Positions 40,509 to 50,744 of a DNA stretch of 64,000 bases are shown in pieces. The DNA is from an uncultured candidatus Porisulfidus sp. (lineage in GTDB: Bacteria; Pseudomonadota; Gammaproteobacteria; Poriferisulfidales; Oxydemutatoraceae): NCBI GenBank assembly GCA_965199685.1, contig OZ241323.1, positions 801,940 through 865,939 on the forward strand, given 5' to 3'. Positions within the stretch are counted from its first letter, which is position 1, and each line of letters opens with the position of its first letter. The notes under the pieces are model-generated. The model did not search any database. It saw only the letters and a program-made list of their open reading frames with translations, and was not told the DNA's origin. The position numbers and the translations under genes were made by a program.

Positions 40509-41522
40509 TTATTTTGCGCGCATCAATGCTTCGGACATATCGATCATTCGACACGCATAAGCCCATTCGTTATCGTACCATGCCGACACCTTGACTAGGG
40601 TATCTTGCATCACTTGGGTTAGGGTTGAGTCGTAGACTGCCGATGCCGGATTATGATTGAAGTCGCAAGACACTAGAGGATCATCGTTGTATGCGATAAT
40701 GCCTTGCATCGAACTTTGTGACGCTGCCAGCACAGCATCGTTCACCGATTGCTTGTTGGTAGCACGAGAGGCAGTAAAAGTGAAGTCAACCAAAGATACG
40801 TTTATGGTCGGAATACGCAACGCATAACCGTGTAATTTTCCAGCCAATTCCGGTAGCACCAACCCGACTGCCTTGGCGGCACCAGTTTTGGTGGGAACGA
40901 TAGAGGTTGTCGCAGAGCGTGCTCGCCTCAGCTCTTTGTGTGGCGAATCAATCAACACTTGATCGTTGGTATAGGCGTGTATCGTGGTTAGCAAACCATG
41001 TTCCACGCCGATTGCCTCGGACAGTACTTTGACAACCGGAGCTAAGCAATTGGTGGTGCACGAAGCATTAGAGACGATTTGGTCATCGGCTTTTAACAGC
41101 TCTTCGTTGACACCGTAGACCACGGTTGCATCGACATCGGCTTGTCCGGGTGCCGATATCAATACTTTGCGCGCACCGCCGTCTAGATGTGCTTGCGCAA
41201 GGGCTTTGCTTTTGAACTTGCCAGTACATTCGCAGACTACGTCTACACCGACTTCGTGCCACGGGAGCTTGGCTGGATCGCGCTCCGAATAGACTCTAAT
41301 CAAGTCTCCGTTGATACTCAGATGTTTGTCATCGGCGATCTGCACATCGGCATTGAAATGGCCGTGTGTCGTGTCGTGTCGTGTCAGATACAATACGGTT
41401 TCTAGATCAGTGCTTGCATTGATTGCAGCTAAGCGAATAGTATCGGTGCGCCGATATTCGTATAAAGCTCGCAAGATGCAGCGTCCTATGCGCCCGTATC
41501 CACTAATAGCAATATTAATCAT
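40509..41522 (-). CDS. gap: Glyceraldehyde-3-phosphate dehydrogenase (GapB/Epd-like)
   Basis: NGFGRIGR-type N-terminus (SGYGRIGR), SCTTNCLAP active site, [11 protein letters not shown]-terminus. Confidence 0.85.
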   Translation of the reverse strand: MINIAISGYGRIGRCILRALYEYRRTDTIRLAAINASTDLETVLYLTRHDTTHGHFNADVQIADDKHLSINGDLIRVYSERDPAKLPWHEVGVDVVCECTGKFKSKALAQAHLDGGARKVLISAPGQADVDATVVYGVNEELLKADDQIVSNASCTTNCLAPVVKVLSEAIGVEHGLLTTIHAYTNDQVLIDSPHKELRRARSATTSIVPTKTGAAKAVGLVLPELAGKLHGYALRIPTINVSLVDFTFTASRATNKQSVNDAVLAASQSSMQGIIAYNDDPLVSCDFNHNPASAVYDSTLTQVMQDTLVKVSAWYDNEWAYACRMIDMSEALMRAK

Positions 41523-42036
41523 TTATACTCCTATGATGTTGCTTGATTAAAGATTGTGCTGTTGACAAAGTATTTCATGCACTCGTAGGGGAGGGCTAAC
41601 ATGCCCTCCCTAAAGTATTGTACTTGTATCATCTCAACCGCCATGCGCCTCCAATATCCACTAATAGCAATATTAATCATTTATGCTCCTATGATGTTGT
41701 TTGATTAAAGATTGTGCTGCTGACAAAGTATTTCATGCACCCGTAGGGGAGGGCTAACATGCCCTCCCTAAAGTATTGTACTTGTACCATCTCAACCGCC
41801 ATGCGCCTCCAATATCCACTAATAGTAATATTAATCATTTATGCTCCTATGATGTTGTTTGATTAAAGATTGTGCTGTTGACAAAGTATTTCATGCACCC
41901 GTAGGGGAGGGCTAACATGCCCTCCCTAAAGTATTGTACTTGTACCATCTCAACCGCCATGCGCCTCCAATATCCACTAATAGCAATATTAATCATTTAT
42001 GCTCCTATGATGTTGTTTGATTAAAGATTGTGCTGT
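41500..42036. repeat. Tandem repeat: 3 full copies plus 1 partial of a 158-bp unit (41500-41657, 41658-41815, 41816-41973, 41974-42036)
   Basis: Each unit carries the gap RBS, ATG and first 8 codons, plus a perfect hairpin GTAGGGGAGGGC-TAACAT-GCCCTCCCCTAC (some copies have one mismatch); the partial copy encodes the last 14 codons and the stop of tkt. Confidence 0.9.
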
Positions 42037-44001
42037 TGCGTAGATATTTTCTACGCTGAAGCCAAAGTGTTCAAATAAATCTTTGCCCGGTGCCGATGCA
42101 CCAAAGGTGTCTATGCCGATTATCGCGCCATCTGTGCCTATATATCGATACCACCAATCGCTCTTGCCAGCCTCTATCACCAATTTCGGAACCGCCGGCA
42201 GTAACACCGTTTCTCTATAACTTTGTGGTTGTCGATCAAAGGCTTCGGCACAAGGCATCGACACTAGATTGACTTGGTGATTTTCCTCATCCAGCCGATC
42301 GCAAAGCTGTGATGCCAATTCCACTTCGGAGCCTGTTGCGATAATAATCAGTGAAGGGTGCGAAGTCTCTTGCAATAGATAAGCACCTTTTTGTATGAGT
42401 TGTAATTGCTCATCTAGTCTATCGCAATGCGCTAAGGTTTGTCGAGATAAAACCAATGCACTTGGGTGGTCTTCGGCTTCTATTGCAGCTTTCCATGCGA
42501 CTGCAGTTTCTACGCAGTCGCAAGGTCTCCACACATCCAAGCCAGGCATCAGGCGTAGACTACTCAGATGTTCTATCGGTTGGTGTGTAGGACCATCTTC
42601 GCCCAGACCGATGGAGTCGTGAGTATAGATAAAGACGACTTTTTTCCCCATCATTGCCGAAAGGCGCAGCGCGTTGCGAGCGTAGTCTGAGAATACCAAA
42701 AAAGTAGCCACAAACGGAATGAAGCCGCCGTGCAGTGTGATACCGTTGGCAATCGCCGACATCGCAAACTCACGCACCCCAAAATAGATATAGTTGCCGT
42801 CGTGTTGCTCGGCATCTATGGCTCGGCTACCTTCCCATAGTGTTCCGTTTGAACCTGCCAAATCGGCAGAGCCACCAATTAACTCCGGCAAACAGTCGCT
42901 AAACGATGCTAATGTTTGGCACGAGGCTTGGCGAGTTGCGAGTGCCTTTTTTTGTTTGTGGTTTTGTGCAATCCATTGCGTTGCATGGTTTTGCCAATCG
43001 CTCGGCAGTTGTCCGCTAATACGACGATTGAATTCTCTTGCCAGTTCAGGATATTCCGATTGATACGCGTCTAATTTTTTCTGCCAGTTTGATTGATGTA
43101 TGCGACCTTTCTCTTTGGCATCCCATGCTGAGTATATCTCTTCCGGTATCTCAAAAGATGGGTGATGCCAATCTAATGTTGCTCGAGCTTGTACGATTGC
43201 ATCGTCGCCCAACGGTGCGCCATGAACAGATTCACTGCCTTGCTGCGGTGAACCATAACCAATAATCGTTCTGCAGCATAGCAGGCTGGGTGCCGGATTT
43301 GCACGCGCCGCTTCAATTGCCTTGCTGATGTCGGCGGGGTTGTGTCCGTCTATTTCGGAAATCACATGCCAGCCGTATGCTTCAAAACGTCCATGTGTAT
43401 AATCGCTGAACCATTTTTGCACTTGTCCGTCTATAGAGATGCCGTTGTCGTCGTAAAAGACGATGAGTTTGGCAAGTTTCAGAGTCCCCGCCAGTGAACA
43501 TGCTTCGTGGGAGATTCCTTCCATCAGACAACCGTCGCCGGCAAATACATAGCTGTAGTGATCAACGATATCGAGATCATCACGGTTAAAATGTTGCGCC
43601 ATAGTACGCTCTGCAATCGCCATCCCGACTGCGTTTGCTAACCCTTGTCCAAGCGGTCCAGTGGTAGCTTCTATGCCTACGGTAATACCGAACTCAGGAT
43701 GTCCGGGCGTTATTGAACCTAATTGTCTAAAGCTTGCAATATCCTCTATGCCAAGGGGATAGCCACTTAGATGCAACAGTGCATAATGCAACATGCAACC
43801 ATGACCGTTTGAGAGAATAAAGCGATCTCTATCAAACCAAGTGCTATCGTTGGGGTTGTGTTTGAGATAATCATTCCACAGTACCTCGGCGATATCCGCC
43901 ATGCCCATAGGCATACCGGGGTGTCCAGAGCGAGCTTTTTGTACGGCATCCATGCTCAAAGCTCTAATCGCATTGGCGAGCTGTTGACGGGGTGGCATCA
44001 C
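41989..44001 (-). CDS. tkt: Transketolase
   Basis: 670 aa; TPP-binding and pyrimidine-binding domains. Confidence 0.95.
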   Translation of the reverse strand: MMPPRQQLANAIRALSMDAVQKARSGHPGMPMGMADIAEVLWNDYLKHNPNDSTWFDRDRFILSNGHGCMLHYALLHLSGYPLGIEDIASFRQLGSITPGHPEFGITVGIEATTGPLGQGLANAVGMAIAERTMAQHFNRDDLDIVDHYSYVFAGDGCLMEGISHEACSLAGTLKLAKLIVFYDDNGISIDGQVQKWFSDYTHGRFEAYGWHVISEIDGHNPADISKAIEAARANPAPSLLCCRTIIGYGSPQQGSESVHGAPLGDDAIVQARATLDWHHPSFEIPEEIYSAWDAKEKGRIHQSNWQKKLDAYQSEYPELAREFNRRISGQLPSDWQNHATQWIAQNHKQKKALATRQASCQTLASFSDCLPELIGGSADLAGSNGTLWEGSRAIDAEQHDGNYIYFGVREFAMSAIANGITLHGGFIPFVATFLVFSDYARNALRLSAMMGKKVVFIYTHDSIGLGEDGPTHQPIEHLSSLRLMPGLDVWRPCDCVETAVAWKAAIEAEDHPSALVLSRQTLAHCDRLDEQLQLIQKGAYLLQETSHPSLIIIATGSEVELASQLCDRLDEENHQVNLVSMPCAEAFDRQPQSYRETVLLPAVPKLVIEAGKSDWWYRYIGTDGAIIGIDTFGASAPGKDLFEHFGFSVENIYATAQSLIKQHHRSIND

Positions 44002-44238
44002 AAAGAGAATGTCAAATTTGTATTTTGTAAATCAAGATCCATTTTCTGGCATAGTATACTACATAAATATATCTAGTAGCACGTGACGTTATGTAGAACT
44101 GACATACCTCCAATTTACGTAAACCGCCTGCAGGGATGGTTATCGTGCGATTTCGTTTCTTTTTGTTTAGCATGTTATACTTTCTAAAATCGCATTGTTT
44201 ATGATGCACTAAATAATAGTGAACAATACGGAGGAGTA

Positions 44239-44646
44239 ATGACAACCGAAAATGATATAGTTAAAAGATATTTTGACGCTTGGGATCAGCGTAATGTAGA
44301 TGACATTTTAGCAACCTTTGCCGAAGGCGGTACTTATTGCGATCCAGCGACTGAGAAAGTGATAACCGGACAGGAAATCGGAAAATATGCACAATCTTTG
44401 TTTGATGCCTTTCCCGATATGTCGGTAGAGTTGATTAGCAGCGTTGAGGCGAGCAATAGTGTGATTGCAGCACCGTGGCTAATATTTGGCACCAACGACG
44501 GTCCTATAATAGGTAATCCACCTACCGGCAAGAGTGTGGTAATTCAAGGTTGCGATTTTATAAAAACCAAGGATGGTCTGCTAACCACCGTAGTCGGTGT
44601 TTGGGATGTCAAAGACCTTTCGGCACAGCTGGGTTTATCCAGCTGA
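44239..44646 (+). CDS. SnoaL-like / NTF2-like domain protein (ester cyclase family)
   Basis: VKRYFDAWDQRNVDDILATFAEGGTYCDP pattern. Confidence 0.55.
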   Translation: MTTENDIVKRYFDAWDQRNVDDILATFAEGGTYCDPATEKVITGQEIGKYAQSLFDAFPDMSVELISSVEASNSVIAAPWLIFGTNDGPIIGNPPTGKSVVIQGCDFIKTKDGLLTTVVGVWDVKDLSAQLGLSS

Positions 44647-44785
44647 GAACCGCCGATTGAGCTAGTAGCTCAATCGGCGTGACTTTGTGCAGAACCACCA
44701 CAACCACCCCGTCAGGCTTCGCCTGCCACCCCTCCATAGGAGGGGAATGTACTAATGACGATACTTTTTCAACATTCCCACATGT
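44647..44785. repeat. MITE-like repeat (hairpin modules gccgattgagctagtagctcaatcggc and cccctccataggagggg)
   Basis: Sits between the convergent snoaL-like gene and xseA. Confidence 0.7.
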
Positions 44786-44788
44786 AGT

Positions 44789-46141
44789 TTATGTTGTGGT
44801 TTTGTGGTTATCCACTTCGGCTTCTATTTTGCCGTCGCTGACTTGGATGTTGATTTTTTGCTTTATACTCACTTGCTTGATTGAGCGCACCAAATGGTCG
44901 GATTTGTCGGTGACGATTGCGTAGCCTCTTTTTAAGGTGGTAGTCGGTCCTAATGTTTCGAGTTTACTTGCCGAGTGTGCAACACTTTGTTTGGCATACT
45001 GAAGTTTGTCTCGTAGATTATCTTGCAATGCTTTGGCGTGCAAAGCGAGCTTGTTGCTGTATATTTCCATATATTTGATCGGAGTATTGCTTAACAGCAG
45101 GTTACGTTGATGTTCAAGTTGCTGACCACTTATGTATAAATAATTTTTTATCATTGGTGTCAAACGGCGGCTCAGTTCGTCCAGTTGTTGGGCGTAGTTT
45201 TGTAGTTGATGTTTGGGGTGAGACTTGGCAAGTTTGGCTTCCATCAGTTTGATCAATTCTGATTTCTGTCTGAATGTACGTTTTATTTCTGTATATAAAT
45301 TTTTGTTTATAACATTCAATTCTTGCATAAGTTCGTTTTGATCAGGACTGATATACTCAGCTGCTGCCGACGGTGTCGGCGCACGACGGTCGCATACGAA
45401 ATCGGCTATCGTAAAATCTATTTCGTGTCCGATGCCGGTGACGATGGGTATCTGGCATCCGACGATAGTACGCGCAACTACCTCGTCGTTGAATGCCCAT
45501 AAATCTTCTATGGAACCGCCACCGCGTACCAGCAATAAAACCTCAACTTCGCGTCTATGTTCGGCAATCTCTAATGCTTGGCAGATTTCTTCAGGTGCTT
45601 TGTCGCCCTGCACGAGTGTCGGGTAGACGATTAGATGCACGATAGGAAAACGTTTGCGTAATACTGAGATGACATCTCTTAAGGCAGCACCTTTTTCCGA
45701 AGTAACCACTCCGACGCTGCGCGGGTATTCTGGTATTTCTTTTTTTAGAGCTTCGTCAAACAACCCCTCTTTATAGAGTTTTTGTTTTAGGCGTTCAAAC
45801 TCTAATTGCAGTTTGCCACTACCTGCGGCTTCCACGCGTTTCACGATGAGCTGTAGTTCGCCGCGCTTTTCATACAATTCTATGCGTGCCTGTAGCTGTA
45901 CCGACAAACCATTTTCAAGCTCAAACTTCAGCTCTCGGTTGTCGCCACGGAACATCGCACAACGAATCTGACTGTCGTTGTCTTTGATGCTGAAATAAAA
46001 ATGTCCCGAAGCGGCACACATGAAATTGGATATTTCTCCTTCCACCCATACCAGCGCAAAATTGTATAGCAAGGTTTCTCTGATTTCCTTGTTCAGTTTG
46101 CTTACCGTATAAATATTTTTTTCTTCAATTGAAAACTGCAT
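44789..46141 (-). CDS. xseA: Exodeoxyribonuclease VII large subunit
   Basis: 450 aa; OB-fold N-terminus, conserved catalytic core. Confidence 0.9.
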   Translation of the reverse strand: MQFSIEEKNIYTVSKLNKEIRETLLYNFALVWVEGEISNFMCAASGHFYFSIKDNDSQIRCAMFRGDNRELKFELENGLSVQLQARIELYEKRGELQLIVKRVEAAGSGKLQLEFERLKQKLYKEGLFDEALKKEIPEYPRSVGVVTSEKGAALRDVISVLRKRFPIVHLIVYPTLVQGDKAPEEICQALEIAEHRREVEVLLLVRGGGSIEDLWAFNDEVVARTIVGCQIPIVTGIGHEIDFTIADFVCDRRAPTPSAAAEYISPDQNELMQELNVINKNLYTEIKRTFRQKSELIKLMEAKLAKSHPKHQLQNYAQQLDELSRRLTPMIKNYLYISGQQLEHQRNLLLSNTPIKYMEIYSNKLALHAKALQDNLRDKLQYAKQSVAHSASKLETLGPTTTLKRGYAIVTDKSDHLVRSIKQVSIKQKINIQVSDGKIEAEVDNHKTTT

Positions 46142-46207
46142 GATAACTATTTTGTGTGTGTGTTTATGCTACACTAGCCGTTTAGTATATACGAGTCTGA
46201 GGTTTAT

Positions 46208-47668
46208 ATGGAAATGGAACAAATAAAGCAAGCGTTGACCTTTGATGATGTATTGTTGGTTCCCGCTTATTCAAAGGTCTTGCCTGCGGAGGTGGACTTG
46301 ACGGCAAGATTGAGCCGTGCAATTTCTTTGAACATTCCCCTGGTGTCTGCGGCAATGGATACCGTGACCGAATCCGATATTGCGATTTCACTTGCCCAAC
46401 TCGGTGGTATAGGTTTTATACACAAAAATATGCCTATAGATATGCAAGCTGACCAAGTACGCATGGTCAAGAAGTTTGAAAGCGGTGTTATCAAAGACCC
46501 GATCACGGTGTCTCCCGATACTTCAATCAAAACGGTTATAGATTTAACACGAAATTATAGAATCTCGGGAGTGCCGGTGGTAAAGGGTAAACAACTGGTA
46601 GGTATCGTAACACACCGCGACCTGCGCTTCGAAACTCGTCGCGATAACAGTATCTCCGAAATAATGACACCTAAGGAGAGGCTGGTGACCGTCAAGGAAA
46701 ATACCGATGCCGAAGAAGTCAGACGGCGGTTGCATGAGCATAAGATCGAAAAGATCTTGGTGGTCAACGACGATTTCGAATTATGCGGACTGATAACCGT
46801 TAAGGATATGCAAAAGGCGGAACAGTTTCCCAATGCGTCCAAAGATGCCGAAGGACAATTACAAGTCGGTGCGTCTATAGGCACTGGTAATTTGGCATTG
46901 GAGCGAGCAACTGCGATTGCAGAGGCAGGGTGTGATGTTATGTTGGTAGATACCGCCCACGGTCATTCACAACGGGTACTTGATACGGTTGCCGAGATAA
47001 AAAAATCTTTCTCCGACAAGCAACTCATCGCTGGTAATGTTGCAACTGCCGAAGCGGCGCAAGCGTTGCTCGCTAAAGATGTCGATGCAATCAAGATTGG
47101 CGTAGGGCCGGGATCTATATGCACCACACGAGTTGTTGCAGGGATAGGAATGCCGCAATTCAGCGCGATTTATGAGGTAGCACAAGCGGTAAAAGATGAG
47201 GTACCACTGATTGCCGACGGCGGGATACGATTTTCCGGGGATTTGAGTAAGGCGATCGCAGCAGGTGCCGACACGGTGATGATCGGTAGCCTTTTTGCTG
47301 GCACCCGAGAAGCACCCGGTGAGATAGAACTCTATCAAGGGCGTTCGTACAAGGTCTATCGCGGTATGGGTTCTTTGGCTGCGATGCAACAAGGCGCAAG
47401 GGATCGATATGCACAATATGATGTAGAAGACGAGAAACTAGTGCCTGAGGGCATAGAGGGACGAGTACCTTATCGCGGTGGGTTGGCCCAGGTCGTTTAT
47501 CAGCTACTTGGTGGATTGCGTTCGGGTATGGGTTATATAGGATGCAATACGATAGCCGAAGTGCATAAGAAAGCAAAGTTCACCAGAATTACCGAAGCTG
47601 GGATGCGAGAGAGCCATGTCCACGATGTTAGTATTACCAAAGAGGCACCTAATTACCATGTTGAATAA
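46208..47668 (+). CDS. guaB: IMP dehydrogenase
   Basis: CBS pair, catalytic Cys loop [11 protein letters not shown]. Confidence 0.95.
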   Translation: MEMEQIKQALTFDDVLLVPAYSKVLPAEVDLTARLSRAISLNIPLVSAAMDTVTESDIAISLAQLGGIGFIHKNMPIDMQADQVRMVKKFESGVIKDPITVSPDTSIKTVIDLTRNYRISGVPVVKGKQLVGIVTHRDLRFETRRDNSISEIMTPKERLVTVKENTDAEEVRRRLHEHKIEKILVVNDDFELCGLITVKDMQKAEQFPNASKDAEGQLQVGASIGTGNLALERATAIAEAGCDVMLVDTAHGHSQRVLDTVAEIKKSFSDKQLIAGNVATAEAAQALLAKDVDAIKIGVGPGSICTTRVVAGIGMPQFSAIYEVAQAVKDEVPLIADGGIRFSGDLSKAIAAGADTVMIGSLFAGTREAPGEIELYQGRSYKVYRGMGSLAAMQQGARDRYAQYDVEDEKLVPEGIEGRVPYRGGLAQVVYQLLGGLRSGMGYIGCNTIAEVHKKAKFTRITEAGMRESHVHDVSITKEAPNYHVE

Positions 47669-47685
47669 GCCGCTCTACAAAATGT

Positions 47686-49293
47686 ATGGCTAAGGCTACG
47701 CAATCTAAGAACTGCTATAGACTACACGATTTTCTATACGATCACGCCGGCTGCGATAAAATTGCAATCATTGATTTTGGCTCCCAATACACACGGCTCA
47801 TTGCCCGGAAAATTAGAGAACTAGGTGTTTATAGCGAAATATTTCCAGCACATACAACGACTGCGAAGCTGAGCGATTTCGCACCGCGAGCAATTATTTT
47901 ATCTGGAGGTCCTGAATCGGTACATTCTGATTCGGCACCTGATGTTGGTTTTGATATACATGTCTTGGGATTGCCGGTTTTGGGGATATGTTACGGCATG
48001 CAATGGCTTGCTGTGGAATGCGATGGGGAGATAGAAAGTTCTGACGACCGAGAATTTGGTTCTGCAGAGATTACGATCAAAGACTCCTCTCCACTGTTCA
48101 GCGGGATGCAAGTATCTGCTAATTCAACACATTCGGTATGGATGTCGCATGGGGATAGAGTCATCGGACTGCCTGATAGTTTTGTAGCCATTGCAGCGAG
48201 CGAACATTCTCCGATTGCTGCAATGGCAAATGAGGCGCGGGCATGGTATGGTCTGCAATTTCATCCTGAAGTAACACACACTACCGATGGCAAAGCGATA
48301 TTAGAGAACTTTGTATATAATATTGCCGATTGTAAATCGAGTTGGCAAGCTGCCGATATTGCCGATAAAAGTATAGAGTATATCCGTAGCATTGTTGGCG
48401 ATGAACAGGTTTTATTGGCACTGTCTGGCGGCGTAGATTCTGCGGTCGCCGCACTCTTGTTACAGCGTGCAATAGCTGACAAACTACACTGTATTTTCGT
48501 TGATAACGGTTTGCTAAGGCAAGGGGAACGCGCACAAGTCGTGGAGACTTTTGAAAAGCATTTCGGCATAGATCTGCATGTAGTAGACGCAAGAGATAAT
48601 TTTCTAAATGCACTCAAGGGAATAACCGACCCCGAACAAAAAAGACAAATTATCGGTAAACTATTTATAGAAACTTTTGAACGTCGCGCGCAAGCAATAG
48701 GTAAGGTGGATTGGCTTGCACAAGGCACGATTTACCCCGATATTATAGAATCGGCAGGCGCGGAAGGATCGCATTTGATCAAATCTCATCATAATGTCGG
48801 TGGGTTGCCTGAGCGGATGAAGCTGAAAATCCTGGAGCCATTGGCTTATCTATTCAAAGACGAAGTGCGAGCTTTGGGTAGAGTGCTTGGTTTGGACGAG
48901 ACGATAGTGCGGCGACATCCGTTTCCGGGTCCTGGGCTTGCGGTGCGTGTATTGAGTGCTGTAGATGAGGAGTCTTTGCATATATTACGACAAGCCGATG
49001 CCATATTCATTAAAGCATTATGGGATAGCGATTTATACGATAAGGTTGCCCAGGCGTTTGCGGTTATTCTTCCAGTCAAATCAGTTGGTGTGATGGGAGA
49101 CGGTAGGCAGTACGGCAGGGTGGTTGTGCTGCGAGCAGTGGGAAGTGAAGATTTTATGACTGCGAACAGTGCGCATTTGCCAGCATCTTTTTTATCCGAA
49201 GTCGCTTCGCGCATCGTCAACGAAGTATCGGGTGTTACACGCGTCTGCTACGACCTGAGTAGCAAACCCCCAGCAACTATTGAGTGGGAATAA
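47686..49293 (+). CDS. guaA: GMP synthase (glutamine-hydrolysing)
   Basis: GATase domain plus ATP-PPase SGGVDS motif. Confidence 0.95.
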   Translation: MAKATQSKNCYRLHDFLYDHAGCDKIAIIDFGSQYTRLIARKIRELGVYSEIFPAHTTTAKLSDFAPRAIILSGGPESVHSDSAPDVGFDIHVLGLPVLGICYGMQWLAVECDGEIESSDDREFGSAEITIKDSSPLFSGMQVSANSTHSVWMSHGDRVIGLPDSFVAIAASEHSPIAAMANEARAWYGLQFHPEVTHTTDGKAILENFVYNIADCKSSWQAADIADKSIEYIRSIVGDEQVLLALSGGVDSAVAALLLQRAIADKLHCIFVDNGLLRQGERAQVVETFEKHFGIDLHVVDARDNFLNALKGITDPEQKRQIIGKLFIETFERRAQAIGKVDWLAQGTIYPDIIESAGAEGSHLIKSHHNVGGLPERMKLKILEPLAYLFKDEVRALGRVLGLDETIVRRHPFPGPGLAVRVLSAVDEESLHILRQADAIFIKALWDSDLYDKVAQAFAVILPVKSVGVMGDGRQYGRVVVLRAVGSEDFMTANSAHLPASFLSEVASRIVNEVSGVTRVCYDLSSKPPATIEWE

Positions 49294-49605
49294 ACCACTA
49301 ATCGAGAAGTAGGACTGTTGAAAAAGTATCTGCATTAGTACATTCCCCTCCTGTGGAGGGGTGGCAGGCGAAGCCTGACGGGGTGGTTGTTAAGGTTCTG
49401 AACAATGTTACGCCGATTGACCTACTGGATCAATCGGCAGTTCTATTTTTCAACAGTCCCATGTTAGCCCTCCCCTACGGTGCATGAAATACTTTTTAAC
49501 AATCCCATACACGATATTTCTAATGACCACAGTATTAGATTTCGCATAAAGTTACGCCGATTGACCTACTGGATCAATCGGCAGTTCTATCTTGATTAAA
49601 CTAGA
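49294..49605. repeat. MITE-like repeat cluster; 49315-49482 is an about 170-bp element near-identical to 5461-5629, followed by a partial second hairpin module
   Basis: Direct comparison of the two copies gives about 94% identity. Confidence 0.8.
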
Positions 49606-49628
49606 AAAATAATTATAATAATTCTTAT
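49592..49628 (+). promoter_or_regulatory. Candidate sigma70 promoter (TTGATT-N16-TATAAT) overlapping a Fur-box-like AT-rich dyad (aataattataataattcttatt) upstream of fbpA
   Basis: About 14/19 match to the GATAATGATAATCATTATC consensus; positioned 55-90 nt upstream of the fbpA ATG. Confidence 0.35.
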
Positions 49629-49681
49629 TTAGAGTAAGGAAAATTTACCATTACAATTACAAAAAGGTAGGAGTTTTATAA

Positions 49682-50680
49682 ATGAAAGTTTTATTGTTTT
49701 TTTTGATATTTTTCAATATCGCACATGCCGAAGTCAATGTTTACTCGGCTAGAGAAGAAACCTTAATCAAACCCATATTAGATGTATTTAGCGAGCAGAG
49801 CGGAATCAAAGTGAATTTGGTAACTGCAAAAGCCGATGCACTGATAGAGCGTCTTCAACGCGAAGGTCAGGATAGTCTTGCCGATGTGTTGCTCACTGTT
49901 GACGTGGCGCGTTTACACAGAGCAAAACAAGCTGGTTTATTGCAATCAATAAAGTCGGAAACATTGACCGAAATAGTGCCTCCTGTTTATAGGGATTCGG
50001 ATAATCAATGGTTTGGATTATCGATGCGAGCAAGGGTTATCACTACGGTTAAAAGCAAGCTATCACCGGATAAAGCACCAATGCGTTACGAATCTTTGGC
50101 AGACGAACAATGGCGCGGACGCATTTGCATACGCTCCTCCACCAATGTCTACAACCAATCCTTAGTGGCATCAATATTACATGCAAATGGTGATGAGGCA
50201 ACATCTATGTGGGCGAAGGGGTTGGTTGCCAACTTCGCCAGACCACCAGTCGGTGGTGACCGAGACCAAGTGTTGGCAGCAGCAGGCGGATTGTGCGATA
50301 TTGCGGTGATCAACACTTACTATTTAGCATACATGTTGGCTAATCCCGACCCAGTACAGAAAAAGGCTGCCGAGCAGATGCATGTAGTCTGGCCTAATCA
50401 AGAAGACCGCGGCACACATGTCAATATCAGCGGTGCTGGTGTCACTCGTGTGGCTAAAAACAAAGACGATGCGATCCGGTTACTTGAGTTTTTAGTTGGA
50501 GCAGAGGCACAGTATTGGTATGGCAATACTAACTATGAATACCCTATACGCGACGATGTAAAGATTGGTGATATCTTGAATTCGTGGGGAGAATTCAAGG
50601 CTGATACCATCGCACTTGATAAACTTGGTGAATTGAATGCCGAGGCAGTCAAATTGATGGACAAAGCTGGTTGGCAATAG
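49682..50680 (+). CDS. fbpA: Fe(3+) ABC transporter periplasmic substrate-binding protein
   Basis: Signal peptide; family-1 SBP resembling FbpA/AfuA/IdiA. Confidence 0.8.
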   Translation: MKVLLFFLIFFNIAHAEVNVYSAREETLIKPILDVFSEQSGIKVNLVTAKADALIERLQREGQDSLADVLLTVDVARLHRAKQAGLLQSIKSETLTEIVPPVYRDSDNQWFGLSMRARVITTVKSKLSPDKAPMRYESLADEQWRGRICIRSSTNVYNQSLVASILHANGDEATSMWAKGLVANFARPPVGGDRDQVLAAAGGLCDIAVINTYYLAYMLANPDPVQKKAAEQMHVVWPNQEDRGTHVNISGAGVTRVAKNKDDAIRLLEFLVGAEAQYWYGNTNYEYPIRDDVKIGDILNSWGEFKADTIALDKLGELNAEAVKLMDKAGWQ

Positions 50681-50744
50681 CATACGCACAAAGTATTCGC
50701 CTCCACCGCTGATAGATAGTGCCTAATTTTCCGCACCTCTAAAC

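Noticed and set aside
41366-41386. Pentanucleotide run (TGTCG)x3.5 inside the gap coding region as a slippage or phase-variation site
   Set aside because: It has only about 3.5 units and encodes the conserved RHDTTHG segment, so it is most likely coincidental codon repetition.
41500-42036. Possible CRISPR array (regular repeats of one sequence)
   Set aside because: The units are 158 bp and directly abutting, with no unique spacers and no cas genes nearby. It is a tandem duplication of a MITE plus the gap start.
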